Below are positions 30,643 through 37,492 of a DNA stretch of 64,000 bases, piece by piece (the first letter of the stretch is position 1; each line of letters starts with the position of its first letter). The notes under the pieces were generated by a model. It was given only the letters and a program-made list of their open reading frames with translations. It made no database searches and was not told the origin of the DNA. Where the stretch lies: positions 96,001 through 160,000 of the forward strand of contig CAWKAR010000039.1 of assembly GCA_963847625.1 (NCBI GenBank), read 5' to 3'. Source of the stretch: a candidate division FCPU426 bacterium (GTDB lineage: Bacteria > Oederibacteriota > Muellerivitia > Muellerivitales > Muellerivitaceae). Both the position numbers and the translations under genes were made by a program.

Positions 30643-31548
30643 ATGACGATTGAAGAACGCTTGAGTACCTTGGAAAAAGAAGTTAAAAGAACAAAACGCC
30701 TCAACCGTTACTTATTGGGTGCTGCCCTGTTGGTTGCCACAATTGGATTAATTGGTGCAGCGCCATTACATCAGCTAAAAGAAATACGGGCAAACAGTTT
30801 CATTCTTGAGGATGAAACCGGAAATACTCGTGCCAATTTATGTATGAAAGACGGAGAACCAAGGTTGGTTTTTTTGGATGAAAATGCGAAAGAGATCATT
30901 AGGCTATCCGTAGACAGCATGAAACCGTTAGGCGTGGACGTTAATTCTAGCCATCTCTATCTTTGTGAGAACGACAAAAACATGGTTATGTTGTCTTCTT
31001 CTCGTATGCTTATACAAGATCAGGGTGGAGAAATCATTTGGGAGGAGCCTACGACCAAAAAGACTTTTGATGAAATTAGAGCAAAAAAAATCGTTCTTGA
31101 GGATGAGAACGGTACTAATAGGGCTGGCCTATTTATGACCAACGAAGGTCCAAACCTTGTTATGACAGATGATAACGGCAATTTGCGTGTCGTTCTGGCT
31201 GAGTTCAAGAAGGGGCCTGGATTAAGCTTTTTAGATGGGAATGGACAAACTATTGAAAGTCTCACTACATACGATGATCGCCCTAGTCTGAGCCAATATG
31301 AAAAAAATGGAAAAAGAAATGCCATGTTAACTTTAATAAAAGATAAAGGTTCAATGCTTGAACTGTCTGACGGCAATGGTTTAGATCGAGTCCAATTAAA
31401 TGCTTTCAGTGTTGGGCCAGAGTTGGTTTTATTTGATGAAAACCATACGAACCGTGTGGCGTTAGGTACAATCAAAGAGCCCTTTCTTACACTGTTAGAT
31501 GAAAAGGGCAATATTTTTTGGGCAACGCCATCCAAGACCGGGGAGTAA
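30643..31548 (+). CDS. membrane-anchored beta-repeat hypothetical protein
   Basis: Coiled coil plus TM, then repeated L.L.D.NG..R..L units with an internal duplication. Confidence 0.8.
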   Translation: MTIEERLSTLEKEVKRTKRLNRYLLGAALLVATIGLIGAAPLHQLKEIRANSFILEDETGNTRANLCMKDGEPRLVFLDENAKEIIRLSVDSMKPLGVDVNSSHLYLCENDKNMVMLSSSRMLIQDQGGEIIWEEPTTKKTFDEIRAKKIVLEDENGTNRAGLFMTNEGPNLVMTDDNGNLRVVLAEFKKGPGLSFLDGNGQTIESLTTYDDRPSLSQYEKNGKRNAMLTLIKDKGSMLELSDGNGLDRVQLNAFSVGPELVLFDENHTNRVALGTIKEPFLTLLDEKGNIFWATPSKTGE

Positions 31549-31553
31549 AATTC

Positions 31554-31892
31554 ATGGCGGATACTTCTTCTAATAATGTCACTGGTCCCCAGTTTCAAGC
31601 TATGTCCATTATTGGTATTTTGATGTTGGCGTATGCGCTTCGCCCCCGTGATCCCTACGGCTATTACATCTTGTTGAGGTGGGTTTGTTGTCCGACATTG
31701 GGTTACTTGGCTTTTGCCGCAAATGGGAAAATTCAGAAATCCTGGGCATGGTTTTTGGGGATTGGAGCGCTTCTTTACAATCCAATTATTACCCCGCATT
31801 TAGGTCGTGAAATTTGGCGTATCGTAAACGTTGTCACGATTGGGGCCTTGGTCGTTTTTATCTATCGAAACAAATTTTTCCGGTCCTGCTGA
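31554..31892 (+). CDS. small membrane protein (DUF6804-like)
   Basis: PYGYYILLRWV...LLYNPIITPHLGREIW. Confidence 0.7.
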   Translation: MADTSSNNVTGPQFQAMSIIGILMLAYALRPRDPYGYYILLRWVCCPTLGYLAFAANGKIQKSWAWFLGIGALLYNPIITPHLGREIWRIVNVVTIGALVVFIYRNKFFRSC

Positions 31893-32097
31893 ATTAATTT
31901 TTTGTCTTCAACTCGGTAATATCTCTTACGAAATCATCTACCTTTCGTCTACCTTTTCCACATCTCAACGAGTGACAATGAGTTTTAAACCGTTATAAAG
32001 TGATAGTGGACTTGTTCTTGTTTCGTTGATGGATACGGTCTAAAATCCTCATGAATCTAAGTCTTTCAAGAAGAATTTGTCTGAGCGGGTTGGACTC

Positions 32098-32123
32098 TTC
32101 GAATCCTACCGCCCCAGCCATTT
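32098..32123 (+). repeat. att core (displaced tRNA-Gln 3' fragment)
   Basis: Identical to 22675-22700. Confidence 0.95.
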
Positions 32124-33629
32124 CTCGTTTAAGCCGTTGGCACCCACGCTAACGGCTTCTTTATTGGAGTTCTCCGAGTTCGAAACCGCAATCAGCTCAA
32201 AGGGTTGGCGGAAATTAACTGATAATTTCCCCCCTTTCCAGGAACTTTGCGCAAAGAAAGACGAAACCAACCGCCTTTTCTCGATAGGATTTTGCTCCAT
32301 GAAGGTTTTATGGGACTTGGAGGCCATTTCCAAAAGCTTGATTCCTTCGTCCAGGTAGTTATGGTTTGCTTTTTGGTGGGCGTGGATGGTTTCCATGATC
32401 TTTTCCATTTCCGCTTTCCAATCCTTCGATTTACGGTCAAAGAATTCCTGGGTTATCCTTCCATCCAGCTTGTCCTCATACATGGTATCTATACGGCCTT
32501 GAATCTTGGTTAATTCGGCTTGCAGGCGGGTTATTGCCTCGTTATGGAATGTTTTCTCGTCCTTGTGGCTTGATTTCAGGGCATTAACGATTAGTTCCAA
32601 TACCTTATCATCAATCTCCAAGGCTTTAAGGCTGGTTACGAATTCCTTTTCGAGGGTTTCTTCTCGTGTGTAGGGTTCAGGGCATTTACCTTTCCAGCCT
32701 GTGCAATGGTAATAAACATATTTACCTTTCTTGAGTTCTCCCACCATTAAACAACCGCAATGACCGCAAGTAACAAGCCCGGCATAGCAAAAGTTATGCT
32801 TGGATTTCTTGGACTTGCTTTGGTTTCGTTTATCCAAAATGTTTTGAACTTGGTTCCATAAATCCTTCGAAATAATTGGGGTATGGTTTCCTTTGTAGGT
32901 AATCCCTTTCCAATCGAAATCCCCGCAATAGGTTCTAGTTCGAAGCATTCTATGAATGGAGGAAACGGGTAAAGGTTTCTTGCTTCTTCGAAATACCAAT
33001 CCCGAATTCTTGAATTCCTGGGTTATTTCCTTCAAGGAATAATCCCCGGTGGCGTATTCCTGGAATAGCTTGGCGATTATTGGGGCGTATTGGGGGTCTA
33101 TTTCGATGATCTTCTTCCCATTTGCTCCTGTTATGTTTTTAAACCCAATAGGGGCAACGGAAGGCCAAATTCCTTCTTCCGCTTTTTCCTTTAAGCCTTT
33201 CTTGGCTTCCTCCGAAAGGTTGTCTATGTAGTGCTTTGCCATTACCACCTTTATTCCATGAATAAGCTTTTCATTAGACCGGGAATTAGGGGAAATAAGG
33301 GTGTTTTCCTTCACTAGGTAAATTTCCAAGCCTAGTTCATCCAAAGTTACCCAATCTTTCAAATTCCGGTAAAGGCGGTCTGTCTTTTCTACTAAGAGGG
33401 TTTTATAAACGGGGTTTTTCTTGAAGAAGGTTATTAAGCTATCGAAACCTTCCCGGCCTGATACCTTGGCGGTTTCTACGTCTCCGAATTCCTGGATGAT
33501 TTCATAACCGTTATTAAAGGCGAAATCCCTTAATAGCTTGTATTGGGCTTGTATAGAGAAACCTTCCTTTTCCTGTTCCTTGGAAGAAACACGGACATAG
33601 AGGACGGCTTTTTTAACAATTTTATCCAT
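32106..33629 (-). CDS. large serine recombinase
   Basis: YVRVSS, DRLYRN, recombinase domain, zinc ribbon CGHCG...YYHC...C, coiled coil. Confidence 0.95.
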   Translation of the reverse strand: MDKIVKKAVLYVRVSSKEQEKEGFSIQAQYKLLRDFAFNNGYEIIQEFGDVETAKVSGREGFDSLITFFKKNPVYKTLLVEKTDRLYRNLKDWVTLDELGLEIYLVKENTLISPNSRSNEKLIHGIKVVMAKHYIDNLSEEAKKGLKEKAEEGIWPSVAPIGFKNITGANGKKIIEIDPQYAPIIAKLFQEYATGDYSLKEITQEFKNSGLVFRRSKKPLPVSSIHRMLRTRTYCGDFDWKGITYKGNHTPIISKDLWNQVQNILDKRNQSKSKKSKHNFCYAGLVTCGHCGCLMVGELKKGKYVYYHCTGWKGKCPEPYTREETLEKEFVTSLKALEIDDKVLELIVNALKSSHKDEKTFHNEAITRLQAELTKIQGRIDTMYEDKLDGRITQEFFDRKSKDWKAEMEKIMETIHAHQKANHNYLDEGIKLLEMASKSHKTFMEQNPIEKRRLVSSFFAQSSWKGGKLSVNFRQPFELIAVSNSENSNKEAVSVGANGLNEKWLGR

Positions 33630-33633
33630 TACT

Positions 33634-34767
33634 TTAACTTTCCGAATCGGAGTTTAACCAGCCTAATGTTTTGTAAATTTTGTCTGAATAAAATCGGCTT
33701 ACTATTTCTTTTTTGAATTCATGAAATTTTTCGGGAGATGCTTTTAGTTCACGTTCTAAATCCTCTCTCGAATAACTCCTGCCGGATAAATAATCTAGTA
33801 TTGATTCATTAGAAGTAATTAATTGCTCGACACATTCAAGGAATACTAAGTGTGAAATAAAGAGTTGATGTTCGTTTCTGCCGGATGGGGACAAATAATA
33901 AAGTTTGGTTCCATCATAAATTCCTTTATGGACTATTTTGCTCCGGATATCAAAAAAGTCCCAAGCCCAAGCGCCAAGCATCGAGTATAAATATTCTTTG
34001 ACATTGTTGTTATATCCGCTTTTTTTTACCACGGTTTTTAATTTTTTTATGTGACAGACTTTATCGATTTTTTTTGCCAAGCGATATTTGCGCCCGGAAG
34101 ATTTTAATAGCGTTTCAAAAGCGGTGCACATCATTACAATCTGAGCAAAAATTGAAATCTCGGGTATCCTTAGTTGAGCAAATTTGAACCATTCCAAGCT
34201 TTGAAAAATGTGTGCTTTTGCAGGAACATTAAATATTTCATTGAATCTATTGCAGAGCCATGGGCTGGGTTTTATTGTTGTTAAATCTTTCACAGATGGA
34301 GGAATTTTGAAGAAAAATTTTTCTTCTCCGGTTGGAATCCTTTTAAAATATCCAAACCATGATGCGTGGTTTAGCTTCTTTAGATTAAATCTTGACGTAA
34401 GGGCACTAAAAGCTTCAGTGCTAAACGGAGCAAAAGAAGAATTAAAAAAGTAATTTCTTAAGTCTGATGAAACTGATGAAAAAATAAATGCTTCAGCAGC
34501 TTTAAATAGAATATTTTTTTGATCGGGTTCAACAAGAGAAAAATTATTATATCGTTCAAAAGAGCAAATAGTCGGGGATTCAATGGGCTTCATTGAATGA
34601 TTTAAATAACATTCAAATAGTTCCTTAAGTTTTTTATAAACTTCGGAATCGAGCCCTTTAGAATTTACATTGCGATCAAAAGGCCAAAATATTATTGGCC
34701 CGATTCGAACATCTTCTTTGATTGTTATCCACGGCATAAAACTGCATTCATGGGTTGGAATTTCCAT
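33634..34767 (-). CDS. HEPN-domain protein (ApeA-like), candidate defence RNase
   Basis: MCTAFETLL followed by the RxxxxH motif RSKIVH; very AT-rich. Confidence 0.7.
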   Translation of the reverse strand: MEIPTHECSFMPWITIKEDVRIGPIIFWPFDRNVNSKGLDSEVYKKLKELFECYLNHSMKPIESPTICSFERYNNFSLVEPDQKNILFKAAEAFIFSSVSSDLRNYFFNSSFAPFSTEAFSALTSRFNLKKLNHASWFGYFKRIPTGEEKFFFKIPPSVKDLTTIKPSPWLCNRFNEIFNVPAKAHIFQSLEWFKFAQLRIPEISIFAQIVMMCTAFETLLKSSGRKYRLAKKIDKVCHIKKLKTVVKKSGYNNNVKEYLYSMLGAWAWDFFDIRSKIVHKGIYDGTKLYYLSPSGRNEHQLFISHLVFLECVEQLITSNESILDYLSGRSYSREDLERELKASPEKFHEFKKEIVSRFYSDKIYKTLGWLNSDSES

Positions 34768-34957
34768 TTATCACTCTCTTTTTATGATTGATAACATTTA
34801 TTCTCACTCTTAAAGCGTTTCGAATAGTGGAAACCGTCCAGCTTTGAATGGTGGTTTGTAATTCAGCTACCCGGATTTTAAGCCGGGAATGGAGCTTAAG
34901 GGAAAGCCTAATGTGAATAAGCTTTCCTTTTTTTCTCCAAAAATTCACATTTCGCAT
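34748..34957 (-). CDS. small ribbon-helix-helix-like DNA-binding protein
   Basis: KLIHIRLSLKLHSRLKIRVAELQTTIQSW; overlaps the HEPN start. Confidence 0.65.
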   Translation of the reverse strand: MRNVNFWRKKGKLIHIRLSLKLHSRLKIRVAELQTTIQSWTVSTIRNALRVRINVINHKKRVINGNSNP

Positions 34958-35028
34958 ATTTAACCTTTACTAAGGCCAAAAACGGAAAGTCTTGGCTATA
35001 AATGTAGCCATTTCTTTCTTTTTTCGGC

Positions 35029-35208
35029 CTACTTGCAGGGGTTTTGGGGTGTTTTTGATTGTTCCCAATCCTGGAGGATGTGGAAAAAGTTCACGAGGTT
35101 GTCCACGATCTGCCGCCCGTCCTCCCTGGTTAATTTCCGGGAGGTACGGGGCTGGAAAACCCCTAAAGCTTGGTCAATGAGTTGTTCTTTCGTGAAAACT
35201 TTTTCCAT
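35029..35208 (-). CDS. 59-aa hypothetical protein (below ORF-track cutoff)
   Basis: Own translation: MEKVFTKEQLIDQALGVFQPRTSRKLTREDGRQIVDNLVNFFHILQDWEQSKTPQNPCK. Confidence 0.7.
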   Translation of the reverse strand: MEKVFTKEQLIDQALGVFQPRTSRKLTREDGRQIVDNLVNFFHILQDWEQSKTPQNPCK

Positions 35209-35257
35209 GACGCACCAAGAATAAAAATTATTTCTTGGCGTAAGGATACGACAGGCA

Positions 35258-35307
35258 GGGGGGAACTACGGGGGGTAAAAAGGGGAAAGTTAGGGGAAAC
35301 TAGGGAA
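35258..35307 (-). promoter_or_regulatory. phased GGGAA direct repeats (~11-bp period)
   Basis: GGGAA at 35261, 35283, 35294 and 35303, degenerate at ~35272; directly after the stop of 35310-35909. Confidence 0.65.
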
Positions 35308-35309
35308 GC

Positions 35310-35909
35310 TTAGAACAGGTTAAGGCGGTAGAAACCTTTTCCAGCGGGAACAACTATGGTCTTCCATAGAGGGGACTTTTTGAATACATCTTTCATTTTT
35401 TTACTACAAACACCTAAATCCTCAAGAAGGGTATCCTGGTGGACTTGTTTCATTCCTTTTTTGAGGTATTCCCACATACGGTTAATGACACGGCCTTGAG
35501 TAGGGGAAACATGATATTCCAACTGCTTAACTTTAACCGTCCTGAAATCCTCGGTTAGATGGAAATCCGGTTCAGATTTCAATTCTGAGAATGGATTCTG
35601 AGAATCCATTCTCAGATTCGACTCAGAATGGGGAACCATTGCATTTGTAGGGGATATATCGGATTTTAGATTCGAATCTGCACATTCTGAATCTGAGGTT
35701 GATTCTTGGGTTATATCAATAACCGGTTTTTCCGGTTTCGGGTTGGGTTTTGAATTTAATCTTTCTGTAATGTCATCCAAGGTTTCTTGAAGATGGTAAA
35801 TTTTGTAAATTAGATAGGCAAAACTCCCAATAATGGCTAATACCCCAGCTATTATTCCTGCTAGTAACCATCCATTAATGTTTTTGCTTTGTATTGCAAT
35901 TGCTGGCAT
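35310..35909 (-). CDS. membrane-anchored protein with C-terminal winged-helix-like domain
   Basis: TM WLLAGIIAGVLAIIGSFAYLIY, Ser-rich linker, C-terminal domain ending GKGFYRLNLF. Confidence 0.75.
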   Translation of the reverse strand: MPAIAIQSKNINGWLLAGIIAGVLAIIGSFAYLIYKIYHLQETLDDITERLNSKPNPKPEKPVIDITQESTSDSECADSNLKSDISPTNAMVPHSESNLRMDSQNPFSELKSEPDFHLTEDFRTVKVKQLEYHVSPTQGRVINRMWEYLKKGMKQVHQDTLLEDLGVCSKKMKDVFKKSPLWKTIVVPAGKGFYRLNLF

Positions 35910-36030
35910 GGAAAACACCCCCCCAAATGTTATTAATCGTGCAGAGAACAAGCGTATACCTTTGGGCGTTTTGTGTCAAGTTTTAGGGCCTTTAGTTTTT
36001 ATGGGACGGTCTTTAAACGAACTGTTAAAC

Positions 36031-36275
36031 AATAACTCATGGGGGAGTTATTACTGTGTGGGGGATAAATAGCTTAGGGAGTTATTCATAGGTCGGGGAG
36101 AGTTATTTAATAACTCTAGTGGGAGTTATTAATAGGTATAGATGCCCATTTATCTAGGTTTAATAGATGCAAATGATATATCATTTGATGTAAGTTTCAG
36201 TTTTTGACTAACGAGATCAAACAGTAACTACCTTAGAAGCTATTGAATAACTCTCTTAGTTACTCAAAGAGTTAA
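36031..36275. repeat. AATAACTC/GAGTTATT direct and inverted repeat cluster
   Basis: Multiple copies in both orientations in non-coding DNA. Confidence 0.75.
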
Positions 36276-36310
36276 TAGATCGGGGATAAACCTATTTGGG
36301 ATGAGATAAA

Positions 36311-36612
36311 CCCATTCTAAGAATCCATTCTCAGAATCCAACCCATTCTTAGAATCTATTCTCAGAATCCATACCCATTAAACCATTTGATATGCCATAA
36401 AACTCATAACTCATAAAGCCATTCTCAGAATGCCATTCTCAGAATCCAACCCATTCTCAGAATGCCATTCTTAGAATCCCATTCTCAGAACCCATACCCT
36501 TTTATTCATTTGATATGCCATAAAACTCATAATTTTAGGGATATAACCCACCCAACCCATACCCGCAAACCCATTACCCATAAACCCATACCCTCTAAAC
36601 CCATAACCCATA
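36311..36612. repeat. ATTCTnAGAAT palindrome array (9 copies in two blocks) followed by an ACCCAT-like tract
   Basis: Copies at 36314, 36327, 36345, 36358, 36421, 36435, 36453, 36467 and 36481; 26-bp direct repeat at 36384-36409 and 36507-36532. Confidence 0.9.
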
Positions 36613-36706
36613 CTTATTTGAATAGGTTAAAAATTGGTTAGGGAAGATTTGAGACCGGGAAGCCGTAAAGGAATTTTATAAATTAACGGTTGAATGGAGA
36701 AAAAAA

Positions 36707-36735
36707 GGGGAATAACGGGGGAATATTCGGGGAAT
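36707..36735 (-). promoter_or_regulatory. phased GGGGAAT x3 (11-bp period)
   Basis: Copies at 36707, 36718 and 36729. Confidence 0.65.
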
Positions 36736-36820
36736 TTCATCATGATATGGCCGTAATTTAACAATTCACTTTGTTATAATGATTAAAAGCTATCTAGTTA
36801 TCTTTCGATGGGATGAGGAA

Positions 36821-37123
36821 ATGCCTACTCAAATCGCAATTGACAAACAAAGAATCGCTGATTTTTGCCGCCGAAATCATATTCTTAAACTTTCCCTTTT
36901 TGGGTCGGTTTTGACCGGCCAGTTTAAACCGAAAAGCGATGTTGATGTATTGATGGTTTATGACCCCCAATATTCGGTTGGTTTTCGAATTTTCAGGATG
37001 GAAGAGGAACTTTCGAAACTGTTTGATGGTCATAAAGTGGATATTGTGAATGAAAAATACATTAATCCACGGATGAGGGAACAGGTTTTGACGGAGGCTG
37101 AAGTTCTCTATGCCCAAAAATGA
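36821..37123 (+). CDS. minimal nucleotidyltransferase (MntA-type antitoxin)
   Basis: LFGSVL...SDVDVL, KVDIV. Confidence 0.92.
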   Translation: MPTQIAIDKQRIADFCRRNHILKLSLFGSVLTGQFKPKSDVDVLMVYDPQYSVGFRIFRMEEELSKLFDGHKVDIVNEKYINPRMREQVLTEAEVLYAQK

Positions 37124-37442
37124 AAAAATATATTTGGGTCATATGTTGGATATGGCGCAGAAAGCCATCGATGCTTTAAAAGACAAATCACGCTCACAAT
37201 TCGATCAAGACGAAATTTTAAAAACGGCTGTTTCACATTTCATTCAAACGATTGGGGAAGCGGCCTCAAAAGTGTCAAAAGAGTTCAAGGAACGAAACCC
37301 CGGTATTCCTTGGGATGATATTATTGGGATGCGCCAAAAGATTGTTCACGACTATATGGCAGTTGACTTTGATATTGTTTGGGATGCCGTAAAGACAGAA
37401 CTTCCTTCCCTTTTGGAAAAACTCAAGAAAATAGCTGTTTAA
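37110..37442 (+). CDS. HepT-like (DUF86) HEPN ribonuclease toxin
   Basis: IGEAA...IPWDDIIGMRQKIVHDY. Confidence 0.92.
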   Translation: MPKNEKIYLGHMLDMAQKAIDALKDKSRSQFDQDEILKTAVSHFIQTIGEAASKVSKEFKERNPGIPWDDIIGMRQKIVHDYMAVDFDIVWDAVKTELPSLLEKLKKIAV

Positions 37443-37492
37443 TTATCCTGTGTTTTTCCCACCTCTCTTTCTTAAATGTTAGAATGTCGGTC

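Larger units (their letters stand above)
22675..32123. mobile_element. island 1: ~9.4 kb tRNA-Gln-integrated, satellite-like integrative element
   Basis: att repeats, integrase, Xis-like HTH, helicase and AT-richer composition; no structural phage or conjugation genes. Confidence 0.9.

Noticed and set aside
31020..31799. 259-aa minus-strand ORF
   Set aside because: Antisense to two better-supported + strand genes
22675..32123. complete prophage or ICE
   Set aside because: No capsid, terminase, tail, relaxase or T4SS genes recognisable
32098..32123. second tRNA gene
   Set aside because: Only the 3' part (from the T-loop) is present; it is the att duplicate
36311..36532. CRISPR array
   Set aside because: Repeat units are 11 bp with only 2-7 bp between them, there are no unique spacers, and no cas genes are in the window
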